A DNA stretch of 64,000 nucleotides from the NCBI RefSeq assembly GCF_964204645.1, contig NC_134029.1:14378950-14442949 (forward strand), read 5' to 3'. The notes under the pieces are model-generated. The model worked only from the letters and a program-made list of their open reading frames with translations, searched no databases and had not been told where the DNA came from. The position numbers were made by a program, and so were the translations under genes. Numbering within the stretch: the stretch's first letter is position 1; every line of letters starts with the position of its first letter. Origin of the DNA: Tubulanus polymorphus (lineage: Eukaryota; Animalia; Nemertea). Below, in pieces: positions 36,262-50,099 of the stretch.

Positions 36262-37366
36262 TCATGCGTTTTTGGGGACAATACATACCCTAAAATTACA
36301 AAGATAGAATCAGACTGTGGCTATTGCAGTAGCTAGTGGAACTTCATTATTACTCAGTGGATTCACTAGAATCTTGTATGTTTTGCCAAGTCCCTTGAGT
36401 CTTTCAATATGAACCCTCTTACTTGCAATTTTCCTGTCTTTGATTACTGTAGAATTTGCTAGTCTGTTTTTATTTTTAAAGAATTGTGGAATATTAACAT
36501 TGACATTTGAAGATACAAACAAATCCTGAATATTAAAGCCCTTGTCCACCATAATACTATCTCCTGGGTCGCACATTTCTACCAGGTCACTCCTTTCAAT
36601 AATCTGGCGATCACTTGTTGACCCTCCGTATGCATGCGATATATAAAATACAAGTCCACTTGGAGTTGAACCAACTACTACCTTTCCAGTATTTCAATTT
36701 TTGTAAGGCGAAAAAGTCGCTTGTTGCAGTAGAAGATTTTTTTGGCTTTTTTATGGGAAATTCTGTTCCATCCAGGATTACTCTTGTTGTCGGGAACTTC
36801 AAACGAAAATCACTCGGACAGAAATAGTGAACACTGTTGTGGCCACCAGTCCATTTCGCCCCACAGATGGTACATAAAATTGATCCCAGTTAGTTACCCA
36901 TATGTTGGTCACTCTGCTCACGGATATATCAAATTGTGTTGATAGAGCAAAGTTTGGTGTGTATTGCCTAATTTTCGTCAGCATCAAAAAGAACTGATCA
37001 ATAACTTTCAAAGAGGGCACATTTCCATGGTAATTATTCAAATTGTACGCACTTTTACCTAATGTTTGGAAATATTTTTAGCAGTTTTTGAGTCACAGTC
37101 AACAGAATTGGATTTAGAATATGTGTATGAATAGTCGTTCAAAAAGTTATCATGATCACATTGAGAACCCTACCTGACGAAGTGTTGCCCATGTAATCAT
37201 CATCATCGAAATGACGATAGCAAACTACCAAATGCGCCAATGGAGACCAGTTTTTTTCGCCACGTCTGACGGCTTTTATCCAAGCTCTGAATATAAAGAA
37301 ATCTGACCTAGGGAACGCATGTCCACCTCTTGCACTTCAATACGGCGCACAACATTCTGTCGGCAT
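36262..37366 (-). pseudogene. THAP + HTH + DDE_Tnp_4 transposase
   Basis: MPTECCAPY*...HAFP...AWIKAVRR...VVCYRHF (THAP); DQFFLMLTKIRQ; RVILDGTEFPIKKP; GDSIMVDKGFNIQD; IASKRVHIER. Confidence 0.88.
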
Positions 37367-39154
37367 AATTCTTTGTTGGTGAAGTGGTATTTATAAGGCT
37401 ATTGTCATGGTTCAATGACAATTTGAATCGAGCAAAGTTACTTCCGGTTATTTCAAGACCGAGTTGATCATCAGCGCCACCAGCGAAGAAAACGGCGTTG
37501 CAGCTCCCCATTCCATTAACACGCAAGACATAGTAGTTGCTGACCATTTGTGCTGCAAAACTAGAAATGAGAAACCTGACGCCGTGATAAGCGAGATCTA
37601 GTACTCACACATCGCAAATAACTCAAGGGCACTGGGTATGTCACCCAGGAAGACCTCACCCCTGATCTCTCACAGCTCCTCTGCAAACAATTCGGGCTTC
37701 TTTTCATCAGTATTTGCCAGTCATGGGAACATTTTTGGAATTCTAAATGACAAAAGGATGCGTCTACTCCAATTCGAGGATCTAAGTATAGCATTGACTT
37801 GTGAATCCAGCAAAATGCTTTGTGCTCTCGTCAAATCAGTAGTGAACTGGCATCCATTCTAATCAACTGTTATTCAAAGAATGGCAAAACCCGTGTTCTT
37901 TTTAGTATAGGCGTATATTTACGCCGCAGATATATATGTTTACTACAATCGCTGGTGTGGTGAGCCATTACACCGCTGGTGTGTAGCCATACTATAGGCT
38001 TATCTGCCACAATTAAGTTCCAATTTTTAGCCCACTTGAGACTAGTCCCAGCGGGCTATAGCGTTCACTTTTCGTCCGTCCGTCCATGGACTGAATCTAG
38101 TTATTTTGGGAAGTTATGAAGACGCTTCAATGTAATGTCTTGATATTTGATTTATACATGTATCTACCCTAGACACATCTGAAGTTTTTGAGGGAAATTT
38201 TGAAGACGCTTTGATCAATTAGCTTGATCTTTCGTTTATATTTGAATCAACCAAGGACCCATCAGCATAACAAAAATTGGGTTGATAGGACTCAAGATGG
38301 CCGTCCTATGACCTTTTAAGTGCCCAAAAATGTCAATTTTGGCCCGAATTCTGAGTCCTGTAGCTTCCTACTGGTTTGCCATTTCTCATTGCAATTTGTA
38401 ATGGGTATTCTTTGGAAAGGGATGTTTTATACTTGAGACAGGTATTTTGATCAGCCAATTATGACGCAATTGACGGCCATCTTGGTGTCATCAATACTTA
38501 TTCGTAGGTAGGAAAAAGTTTTCCACATTATATTGATACCTAACCATATTGTGTTATTACAATCAATTGAAAAATTGTAGCCCATAGCGTGTTCTATGAT
38601 TTTGGTGAGTTTCAAGGTCATTGGTTTTTGTATATGGCCACCAGGGGGCGATGAATAATACAATAACTTAGTATTTCTATATTATACTTGTACCTATGCA
38701 TATTTTGTTTCCACAATCAACTGTAAAGTTATGGCTCATTTTATCGTCTATGATTGTGGTGAGTTTTAAGGAAATCAGTGATTCTATATGGTCACCAGGG
38801 GGGTTGAATAGTGCAATAACTTAGTTTTTCCTTATTATATTGGTACCTAGGCAATTGTTACCATGATTGATTGCAAAGTTGTAGTTCATGACATGTGCTA
38901 TGATGGTGGTGAGTGTCAAGGTCTTTGGGTTTGCATATGGTCACCAGGGGGCATTGAATAGTAGAATAACTTAGTATTTCCATGTTAAATCGGTAACGAG
39001 GCATATTTTGTTATCACAATTAATTACAAAATCGTAGCTGCTGACATGTTCAATGTGGTTCAAGGTCATTTTTTTGTGGTTCAAGGTCACCAGGGGCATT
39101 GAATATGAAATATTAAAATTGTTGTGCATTTGAAACCACTTCCCAAGTGGACAT

Positions 39155-42053
39155 GAAAGGCTGAATCCATGAACATGTCTATCGCACTTTTGAGCCCAAA
39201 CGTCTACTTTTACTTAGTAGCCACTTGAGAACAATAAGCAATTAACGATATCAGCTTCTTTTCCAGTAGTATACATTTCAAAACAGTCACTCCGAAATAG
39301 TATTCCTTTCAATTCGGTTGGTTTTCTATAGTAGCTGTTTCGAGGAGTCTACTATTGAAAAGTGACCATTTTAAAACATCTGGTTTCGATAGTGCACACT
39401 AGCAGTCGAGGTGACTGTAAAACCACCTGCCTGTAAACAGCGACTTTGTGATAGTAACTCTTACCGTAACAGCTACTCTCAAAACACATCGTTTCTAAAA
39501 GTCAACTATTGAAAAGTGACCATTTTGAGATTGCTTGCCAGATTCCCTGTTATAAATACACTGTAGCAACATATGCTTCAGATTTCCAGTGATACGTGAC
39601 AATATAAACATACTGTAAACTCTACTCATGCTATAGTTTGGAGTATAGTTCTATTTAGAGTGACTCAGTTAAGATCTGAAGATATTGTAGATACTCTTTG
39701 AGGGTATGAAATGTGATGAGCGTTTCCCAACTCTAACCAATAGAAGTCGAGATTGGAGTTAAATTTGTTTACAAATTGTCAATAGTTATGTAATGTAAAA
39801 ATGAAACGAAATTTCCTTCTTTTCATGCGATATCATTTAATAAAGAATTCAATTTGAACAAATGCAGCTATTTTCAAGCATAGGTCTGCATTTATTTTTG
39901 GTAAATTCTTAGATTAAAAGCGCAATCATAAGTTCAGGCTATAACCTCTCATTATTGAAATGTTGGTTTATTTTCAACGGGGGGCCTGGATGTCTCTGCA
40001 TCTTAAGATGTGCATTTCGGAGTGTTCGAATCTCCCTGAAATCATTGATTTTTTTTAAAACAAAATATGCTATATCCATGTGGATATAGTGGAAACATTC
40101 TAAAGAAATTATCTAAATTGAGCCCATATTTGATCGAATTTATTAAAAGAAACTTTGTATGGTATTCAAGATTTCATTTGGATTACGGTAACGGCCTTTG
40201 GTGGTCGTCACCGGCGTCATGAATGAAGAAATCCCGTAATAGAATTCCAATATGATAAAATTTGTTAAAGGTGAAACCGCAACGTTTCGACTGTTGACTA
40301 ACAGCCATCATCAGGTAGAATGTAGACATTCCTAGTTATAAGGGCTTTTAGTCAGATGGCTGTCAGTCAACAGCCGAAACGTTGTGGTTCAACTTAAATA
40401 AATTTCAAGATGAAAAATTCTATTGTGGAATTTCTTCATTTATCTACAGTTTTAACACGGTTTAGAGTATTTCATTCGACTTCTTCGGGTCCTGTAGCTG
40501 TTTAGATCGAAAATTATTTACTTTTCGGCACAGAAGGAATATTCAACCGTATTGGTCGCTATGAGAGGGATTCCCTGTATATCTGCACCTTAAACCGGTA
40601 CCTTTGTTGGTTCTAGCCTGCATTCGCTTCCAAATTCAAGTATTGGTAACGTTGGTTTACGATAATTTGAGAAAAAGAGTTTAGTTGGAGAAAACTGATG
40701 ATTATCTTATAATTCAGCAATTCATTGGTTCATCGATTCAGAAAAATAAAATAAAGTCTCATAGAGATATTGCGGTGCTAAGTTTTTTACTATTAGGTGG
40801 TAATTGCTTTTGGTTCGTGGTCTTTTGGTGTTTAGTGCAGTTAGTTCATTCGTTCATCAATCACTGTCTAGTTAGCCAGTGAAATTGACCTGCTGACCGA
40901 TAGCTGCTGCTGGGTTTTTGATAACCTATATAAACAATTTACTCAACAAAGTAGGAAAGTATGTGAAACTGAAATTACAGCCTATTACATTTCTTGCACT
41001 TCTTATGCCAAACGAGGTTTTCTCTATGAAATGAAATTGCTGATTTCAAAATTACGTAAACATCTCAACACTCAACTCTTATACGCTAATCCTTTGATCT
41101 TTTATAATAAGTCGGTAATTTCATTTTAACCAAGCCGTATAACTAGGGTATCACTTCTAGCAAGTGATAAAACGATTCAATATTCATAAACGAACAAGCA
41201 GAGAACAGCGTGACAAAGTGAACATCACATGGATTACTTAAAAATCGTTTGTATCGAAATAAACAATAAATTCCAGGTTAATTCTAAGTATTTTAGATAC
41301 ATTTTTTTCGTAATTCATTTTCTGAACATATGATTTTATTTGTATATTCCTCTCTCATATACCCTTAAAAACAAATTAAGCCTAAAAGACAAATAGGACT
41401 GGCACTATATTTTCGTATTAATGGATTTATCCATGATGATGATGATGATATATGAATCAATAGTTTTACTATTGGATATTGCCATTTTGTTGAGCGTAAT
41501 ATAATTTAGGGGATTCTTAGCAACTCAAAAACTTTGATTTTCTATTCACAGAACTGTATTCAAAGCATACAGAGTGTATACAAAGCAGATAGGGTTTAAC
41601 AGTACCTTTGAACCTGTCACGTATCACTGCAAATCTTTAACAGATGCTGCTATTTTGAACAGGAAATTACCATGCCATCTTAAAATGGTCACTTTTCAAT
41701 AGTTGACTTTGAGAAACGATGTGTTTTGAGAGTAGCTGCTATGGTAGGAGTTACTATCACAAAGTCACTGTTAACAGACGGGTGGTTTTACAGTCACCTC
41801 TACTGCTAGTGTGCACTATCGAAACCAGATGTTTTAAAATGGTCACTTTTCAGTAGTAGACTCTTCGAAACAGCTACTATAGAAAACCAACCGAATTGAA
41901 AGGAATGCTATTTCAGAGTGACTGTTTTGAAATGTATACTACTGGAAAAGTAGCCGATATCGTTAATTGCTTATTGTTCTCAAGTGGCTACTAAGTAAAA
42001 GTAGACGTTTGGGCTCAAAAGTGCGATAGACATGTTCTTGGATTCAGCCTTTC
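39155..42053. mobile_element. Non-autonomous DNA transposon with ~450-bp TIRs and 4-bp TSD (Sola-like by TSD and TIR size)
   Basis: GAAAGGCTGAATCC...GGATTCAGCCTTTC; arms ~39155-39600 and ~41615-42053 are near-perfect inverted copies; TSD ACAT. Confidence 0.85.
40222..40480. mobile_element. Penelope-like hairpin with hammerhead core
   Basis: Inverted arms 40222-40440; minus strand CTGATGA-T-GGCTGTT-AGTC-AACAGTC-GAAACG. Confidence 0.7.
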
Positions 42054-43344
42054 ACATGGTGTCCCTGGACCCTCGTTTTGTAAGCGGATTTTCTTGCCAT
42101 TACATTCTGATATCCATTTTTGCTTTCTTTTTAGTTTTGTTCTTTTTGTTCTTTTTCTGTTTAAATGTTATTTGGAATCTATCGTCATCATGTAGTGATG
42201 AAAATTCATTTTCAATTGGTTTGGAATTGGTTTGAATTTTAGTTCAGCCATTACTGAGAAATATGACTATGAAATCGGCAATTTCAGCGCGTGCTCACTA
42301 TGTATTGATGTACAATAAGCTAACATTAGTTTACTATTAATCAATAAATGGTCTAGGGCAAATCAAGCCTACCACTTGTATCGAGGGGTACTCAGGTTTG
42401 CCCTTCTATTTTTCTAGTTCGTGATTTTGACAGGCTCTTGTACTAACATGAATGTTTTATTCCGGGCAATTATTCTGGAAGTAGTACAGAAAATGGTCTA
42501 AATGAATCTAAACAAAGACATTTAACTTCAAGGGGGATAGACTTTATGCCCCAAATTTGCTTAAAGATTGCATCTCTGAGCCTTGAAAAGTCAAAATTTC
42601 CTGGGGGAGTGCCCCCAGGTCCCCCGATTTGTGCTATGATATAGTTGCCCTTCCAGTTCAGCAGTTCAGCAGACCAAAGATAACCTTAGTGCATTATATT
42701 ATCTACAGAAAAATTATTCAAATATCAGCTCTCATAGCCATCAGTACGTATCTCAGACGTTTTAATGATAAAATTTTCTTGAGGGAGGCCCCCAAACCCC
42801 CCTTCTAGACATCGAGCCTTCGGCGCTCATTTGGATGTGTGCTCCGGATTGTCGCACCATTGAATTTTAGGTGGCTACGCCCCTGATGATCAATTGCAAA
42901 GTTGTAGTTCATGACATGTTCTATGATTGTGGTGAGTTTCAAGGTCATTGGGTTTTGCATATGATCACCAGGCGGCATTGAATAGTAGAATAACTTAGCA
43001 TTTCCTTATTAAATTGGTAACGAGGCATATTTTGTAATCACAATCAATTACAAAATCGTAGCGGCTGACATGTTCTATGATTTTGGTGAGTTTCAAGGTC
43101 ATTGGTTTTTGTATATGGTCACCAGGGGGCGTTGAATATTGAAATTGTTAGATTGTTGAGCATTTGAAACCACTTCCCAAGTGGGCATGGTGTCCCTGGA
43201 CCCCTAGTTTTAAAAGGTTCAAAGTTATTTTTGTTTATACCCGCATTAGCTAACCTCTCATTTATTTTTCATATTTAAAAGCATTATCTTATTACTATGT
43301 AAAGACATTGAAGTGAATCCAGGTCCAAGCAAGTATGATTATAT

Positions 43345-43960
43345 CAGAAGTGGCATGGCAGGCATAAATAGAAATGATAAGGAAATCGGATTTTTCGGTT
43401 AGATGGCAAATGTATACACAATGCGGAATTCTGATATAAAAGTAAGAACCTGAATGGGGATGCTGGTAGAATGACGAAGCTATCTACAATCTGTGTAGGG
43501 CCGGCGTGAATTTTATCGACGGCTACAAGCAGTCAATATAGAAATGTGTAAACATATAATTTCAATATTTGAATGTTTTAGAAAATGTGTTGGATATTAG
43601 GGCCGTGTATGCCGTTTTCATGAGAACGATCCCGATTAGCAATTTATAATAGCATAGCTGTCATGTACGGCTCCGCCTCCTCTGATGGCATGTGCTTCAA
43701 GTGACAATTCAATTCTTTATTGATCCTTATGTTAAACATTACATATAAGATTCCCAAATTCTATAAAGTTACACATTTTAGAATAAGAAAACAACATACA
43801 GAACACATTTGTTATTCATACAGAATAACATAAACAACCCTCTTACTATTTTAAATGACAATGTCTATTTCAACCCACTCAAGAGGCAGCCCCGGGCCAC
43901 GGTTAATTAGCCCTGTTCACCTGCTACCCAATCGCCAAATCTCACAATTCCCTAAATTTA
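43345..43960 (+). repeat. Dispersed repeat homologous to the interior of the 6675-7862 insertion
   Basis: GGCAGGCATAAATAGAAATGATAAG...ATGACAATGTCTA.TTCAACCCAC and CTACCCAATCGCCAAATCTCA are shared. Confidence 0.85.
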
Positions 43961-45829
43961 CCTTATCCCAAAAAATCTACATTTTTAGCATTGGTTGACG
44001 TCTCTGACGTCATGCCAATGCTAGTAATTGGATCGAAAATATTAGTACGAAATAGCGCCGACTCTTCTCATTTTCATAGTAACTTCAAATTGTCACTCCG
44101 TTCACGTAAAACATTAGAAACAGCTGAAAATGACTAAAAAAAGTTTCAATTATTCACCACAACATAGCGTCACCAGATTGCTGATTTAATGGTCCAAAAA
44201 GTTATTCGATCGCATTTGTCTCGTTCATTATCTGGTAGATGAGAGCGGGTTAAACAATCGCGTAGCAATATGTCCGCATTGACATTGGCAGTAAAGAATG
44301 GGGAACAGCCTCTTCTGAATAGAAAAACATAAAATTATGTACCTCCGGTTAATAAATATCACAGTGTTTGGATATCACTGTTATTCCAACTATCAGTATC
44401 CATGGGATTATTTGGGATTAATTCTCAGCGTCAGAATACGTATTTCTAGAGGAGTGGAACGGCAGCCTACTCGTGACTGAAACCTGTATTTGATCGTGCG
44501 GGAACGCCTTTACTAAAGCTAGAACCATTTCATGATGACACGAAACATCAAAAGGTAAACGGTAGGCTATCACCATGATACGATATCACCAATAAAGATA
44601 GATCATTTTATTCAATTTACCAGAGTTGTTAGTTGGAGGAAAATATCATTGTTAAGAACGCCGAGAACAACCATGTTGTATCATCAATCATTTGACTGAC
44701 ATTGTAAAATTCGATTCGGCTATATTCTAATGTAAGTTTTCACTTTAGGACGCCCTACCCGCCTGCTGCGCACTCATAAGGCGGTAGCACCCTCTTACGC
44801 ACTCGGCAGAGATTCGTTTTGTAATGCGCGCCAGGAAAAAATACCTTTTATTATCTTTTCCATGCGTTAAACAACAGTGATTGAATTTACGCGTTGTTTG
44901 TCGTAAATTGCACTATTGCGATGGTTATTTGCCGCTGCTGTAGTTTTTGGTTTACGTTTGTCAGCGATATGAGGTTGGCATTGAGCCAATTCATGTAAAA
45001 TCGCGGTACGTTTTTTTATGTGAGCATTTGTTTCATTGGTTCTCGGCTTAAACGACGTATAATCGATGTGATTGAAGACATGGCGAACCTCCGTCGATGT
45101 ACATGGTCAACTGAGTTAAAATTCTACGAAAAACTGTTTTTGGCGGGAAAATTTTTAGCTCTCGCGTATAAAATTGCAATGACCTCGATTGGGGGCGTCG
45201 TCTCTACGAGCGAATGGGATTGGCTGTTTTTGGGATATACGGAAAATTCCGGCGCTACTAAAATAATTATGGGAAAGCCATAGAATGGCGTACGTTTCAT
45301 TGGACTAGGTGCCGTATACGTGCAAATTTTAAATGCTCATTGCTGGTGAGGATGTCATTATTTCACACATCCGCCATAGGTATTGTTTCATTTTAATACC
45401 CGGTGATTGTTTTGATTGACATTGAAGTGTAAGCGAACATTCACTTACACGAGGCCTCCACCTGTGAGCGCAGAGTGCTACACGAAACACACACAAGCTC
45501 GTACAGTACACTACTCAAGGTGATGCTGTAACGCTGCGCGTTTGACATGAAAATAGGCTGAATAATCGTAGCAGAAGATGAGCGCTGTGTTTTCTGTTTG
45601 ATAGAATTTGTAATAAATTGTAATTTCATGTGACCTGAAAATATTAAGCAGCAAGCTAAAAGTATAGGTCGAGGTCTGAATATTGTAGTTGTAAATTCCT
45701 GGATGTAAAACGATCTAATAACCGATTTCCTCTGGACCGGTATTTTAACTTCCGCGGCCAACATTGGAAGAGGTTTCCATGACCAAATATTCAGCCACCC
45801 TCTGATATGTGACATCATAATGAATTTTA

Positions 45830-46359
45830 GGCCATCCTATATTAATGGTCTGTTTGCCGTAACCCGACCGACCCGACTTCAAAGGTACCACGTGAAAACT
45901 TTTTTTCTGGGATTCATTGAAATAAATTTTATTTTTGATAAAAACGGCCAACCGACCCTCTGCCTACGTATGAGCTACGTAATATATATGTTTGAATTCA
46001 AGTGTGAAAACATGCCTTGTCAATGTGGCCTAATTTAAGTTTTCCAGGAAACTGGCAGTGTTCCAATAAGCTGCCATTCATTCTCATAGTGACTATATCA
46101 AAGCTGCTAACGTAAAACCGCGCACATATTCAATGTACTGTTTCATTTTTAACACAGAGATGACGCTCTGGACGAAGTTATAATTTTAGAATAGTTCTCG
46201 AAATCTACGCTATTAGACAAATTTCCCGTGCACAACGTAGATGATTTTTGCGATATTGTTTCCATGTAAAAAGGTGATAAATTTGTTTTTTTTGTCTACC
46301 GACTCATCCTGAAAAGTTGAGTCGGTGTTACGGCAAACAGACAATATTTTGGGATGGCC
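45830..46359. mobile_element. PIF/Harbinger-type MITE nested in another repeat (45745-46640, related to 56425-56760)
   Basis: TIR GGCCATCC...GGATGGCC, TSD TTA; same family as 22617-22852. Confidence 0.8.
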
Positions 46360-46662
46360 TTATTTGAATATTTTTTTCATATTGTGAAACATATTTTTTT
46401 GGAAAATATAAAATAATTTCCCTGCCACGCCTACCTGTACCCTACAAACTTTTGGACGTGGACCGAAACCAAATGTATATCTTTGGTCTTATTTGACTAC
46501 AAAATAATTCTTTAAGAAAGATTAAATACAATATAAACTTGTGGAACTTTGAAGTCACGAATTAAAAAGATTTTTCAAGCAATGCCCTTACTCCAAACAA
46601 CCTCTAGCTTTCATGGTAAACCACACTTTGTCCATGGGCAATTTATTTGGAATTGAATCGAG

Positions 46663-46880
46663 CGGCCTCGGTAGCTCAGTGAGATAAGGCGTGATCCTGT
46701 TGAATCCACTATCGATGCTGAAGTGGGTTCAAGTCCTGCTGGCTGTGAACAGTGTGCGGGCAACACTTCAAAGGCTGTACCGTCGTGAGGTTAAATGAAC
46801 CATCCAATAGGAATAGTCTTGGGAAACCAAGATCCAAACGACGTACGTAAAGCTAAACAAACAAAAAGACAAACAAACAA
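46663..46880 (+). mobile_element. tRNA-derived SINE
   Basis: A box TAGCTCAGTGAG, B box GGTTCAAGTCC, unique body, (ACAA)n tail. Confidence 0.7.
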
Positions 46881-47389
46881 TCATCAGCTGGCCTCAGTGA
46901 CGACACCAACGGCGGCATCGCTCTCTGCAACGTTTAGCATGCGTACATGCATCAGAGCTTGGAGCTCTAAGATCAGAAGGTTTGCAATTGCATTCAGAAA
47001 AATCGTTCTGTTTTTGTTTTCATTATTCAGTGGGGCCTAACAGTTCATGCGTAAAAATGGGTTTTCGTATCCAAATCTTTATTGATATAAATATCTTGGC
47101 TGGGACATGATGGAAAACATCAGAATAAACTAGTTTTGTTATTTTAACAGAATCGCATTAATGAGGTTTAACAGTACAATTAGCCTAGGCTAAATCGTTC
47201 GGCAGAAAATAAATTCATTTTCAGGAATAAAATCGTACTTGACAAATAGACCTTTAAGTCTGTGGTCCTCCCAATCAACATCGTCATAGAAGATTTGCCG
47301 GCAGATGTAAAACATGGGCCTCTTGTTTTGCCGCTTCAAATGATTTATTAAAATTAATTTTCTTGTTACTGACTCTCCTGGGATCATTG

Positions 47390-48052
47390 GTAGCTGTTAA
47401 GTTATGGACCCAATAGGCGGTTCGGACCACAGTCGGCTTTTTATGACTTTACCATTCGAACATAACAAATTGACATGGAACTACTAGAACATAATTTCTA
47501 CCATGTTGACTGGCGGGGTATTTTAGATAACAGAGATCATATGGTTGAACAATTCTCAAAAAGTTTATTCAACGTATACCAACAATCCATACCTTATCGA
47601 CTGGTCACAATCTCGAATATGTCTAAACCATGGTTACACAACGATATTAAAGAAGCGATGAATAAAAGAAACCGTTATCCATTTATTTAAAAATACACCC
47701 AACCCCATTTCTTTGATATGCACAGAAATCAGTCCAACTATGTAAAATCATTAATTAAAGAAATATAGCTGCAAAGCAGCGATAAGGGGTTGTCTGTACT
47801 GTCTTAGAATCCTGTTCAACTGTGGATTTCGACAAAGCATTTGATAAGACACAACATCAGCCATTACTAACCAAGCTATTAGGAAACAGTGTCAATGATA
47901 GGTCGCTCAAATGGCTCAGCAGTTATCTCTGAACGAAAAATTGTAGCCAAAATCAACAGAACCCCTCATCTTGCAATAAGTCGGTCTAACTATTGGAGTC
48001 ATGCAAGGTAGCATCCTAAGTCGTCTTCTGTTTAATGTCCTGACAAATGACA
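47390..48052 (+). pseudogene. CR1/L2-like LINE ORF2 fragments
   Basis: KPWLHNDIKEAMNKRN; VDFDKAFD...LLTKL...LKWLSSYL; GVMQGSILSRLLFNV. Confidence 0.75.
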
Positions 48053-48099
48053 AACACAGTAATCCAAAATATACCAGACCGAGTAAATTTCCAAATCGA

Positions 48100-48515
48100 C
48101 CTTAACACGCTGTTCGACCAAAAAACTTAATGTTCCGACAAGAAAATCTTGTTCGAATGAAAACAATTCTGTTTGATCGAACAATACTCTTTTTGTTTGA
48201 ACCAAAACTTTCTATTCGATTGAACGAAATACTTGATACTTTTGGTTCGGAGAAAAAACTTTTTACAATATACTTATTCGAACGAAAAACTTCATGTTCT
48301 GACAAGAAAATTCTGTTCAAATTAAAACGATTCTGTTCGAACGAAAAACCTTTCGTTTCGACAAAAAAAGTTTGTTCAACTATGTTCTAACAATTTTTTC
48401 TAATTGGTTCAATCGAACAGAATATTATTGGTTCGAATGAAAAAAATTTTGTTCCGACGAAAGAATTGCGAAAGGTCTTTTGAAGGAAAAAGAAGATATT
48501 TCTGGGGCTCCGTAG
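48100..48515. repeat. Low-complexity repeat built of degenerate GTTCGA/TCGAAC units
   Basis: Periodic ttcga(a/c) motifs, ending TCTGGGGCTCCGTAG. Confidence 0.5.
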
Positions 48516-48523
48516 TAACTTAA

Positions 48524-48836
48524 AGCTGGACGTAGGTCGGCCTTGCGAGGCGATACGATCCTCACGTTGCATCGCAAGTTTCGGTGCATGTCGGTTGCGA
48601 TACGATTGTCAGCGACTGTGTGCGACTAGTTTCTGCCAGTCGTAAGAGCGCGTAGGTCGGTTGTGACAGTCGTGTCGTGTGGCAGAAAGTAGAACGCGTG
48701 CGACTCCTTGTGACTTGCGTTGCTGAGAGTCGCAGCCCGTCGCAAGGGAGCATAGGTCGATGAGTCTTTGCGACACAATCGTCGCCAGCGGTCGCAGTGA
48801 GTCGCAAGCCGTCGCAAGGCCGATCTACGCCCGGCT
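48524..48836. mobile_element. Harbinger-like MITE
   Basis: TIR AGC.GG.CGTAG.TCGGCCTTGCGA, TAA TSD, internal GTCGCA repeats. Confidence 0.75.
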
Positions 48837-50099
48837 TAAGTCATTAGGAATTAATGAAATACCGGTTTCATTTATGATGAAAAAACTCAAATGAAATGTC
48901 TGGCTTAAAAAGCTGTCTGCTCAGAGGAAATTTCAAAAAAATCTTCATTTTTGCCATTAAAATTGCTAATTGTGATTGATCGTTGCAAGTCAGAACCAGT
49001 TAATCACTAATTAACGTGCATTTTAATAAATCTGATTCCTCCTTTACATTGAACTTAGCTTAAACCTAGTAGATGCTACTAGCCTATGTATAGGCCAATG
49101 TATATGCGTAGGCCTAACATCCGGACAGATTGGTCATAGGCCTATTGAATTACAACCCTCCTATATATCGTAAATTTTGTTTTGAAGTTCAATCCAATGA
49201 GTACGTTAATAAACGCAACAATTATACTGTGTTTGTTTGAGACAGTAAAGCTCAGTACCGGTAGGCCTAAAGCCTTAATGTCGCGTACAATCCGATAAAC
49301 ACTTCAAGCGAGACAGCGAACTCCCTCCCACCACAGTGAACGCTTACTCCGAATGTCGAGTGTGAGTCCAGCATATGGATAGGAGTGTGTTATATACTTG
49401 TATTTAGTAGATACCTTGTGCATTTGACAAAGATCGGTATGTACTGTAGGAAATATAGAGTATTGATAAATGGTTGAAGTGGCCGAATAAAGTAATATAT
49501 TCTTTTATTTTGATAACTCGTCGACACAACAGCTTTTCTCCGCTTCATCTCTTTGGCATGTTTAGTTTAGGCCTACGACTCCCCAGTACTCTAATGATTT
49601 ATCTTAGTAAATACACGGTAAATTTGGTAAAGAAAAATTTTGAAGCCCGCGGCCAAATCACTGGTAGTAATGAATTAATTTGTACTCGATTTGATTCTGA
49701 TGAGGAGAAACTCGTAGCTGATCCCCGGAACGACGATGTAGTGACATGCGTCGATTCGTCGATGTTTACGGCTCAACAGTGCTTTTAAAATCTAAAGTAG
49801 TACATTTCCTGTGTATCGGTAATATGATTTGATGAGGAAAATGGGCTATTGTTAAAATTACTGTTTGAAGACCGCGGCTGAATGTGAAGTTGCGGCAATA
49901 AATTAGTTCATTTATACTTGAATTGATGATCAAAGTGACAATCGGCATACGGGTTTATTTCTCAGTGAGCTGAACGATATCATACGGATTGTATCGACAA
50001 CAGCGGCAAGGTAACAAAGCCTGAGTTCTTTTAGTGAAAATAGTGTGACATAAAATAATAATAATAAGAAACACACGAATCTCAATAGGGTTTTCTGTG

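Larger units (their letters stand above)
33269..37509. mobile_element. ISL2EU-type (PHIS/Harbinger-related) DNA transposon, both ends present, degraded
   Basis: TIR GGGGAGCT...AGCTCCCC, AT TSD, convergent THAP-DDE transposase and SWIM/YqaJ nuclease genes. Confidence 0.85.
33000..37830 (+). pseudogene. LINE ORF1-like fragment split by the ISL2EU insertion (33000-33268 plus 37510-37830)
   Basis: IENNQYSRKCNLWIYG...ENCKEIAVDVIAKLNLPSN|SINTQDIVVA...LKGTGYVTQEDLT reads across the insertion site. Confidence 0.6.
38024..42076 (+). mobile_element. HINE-type element (family of 21008-22131) with a long-TIR element inserted in its 3' end
   Basis: Same head and core repeats; terminal CCAAGTGG-ACAT-GGTGTCCCTGGACCC is split at 39154/42054. 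Confidence 0.75.

Noticed and set aside
46663-46745. Functional tRNA gene
   Set aside because: A and B boxes are present but there is no convincing cloverleaf or acceptor stem; the body and (ACAA)n tail indicate a SINE.
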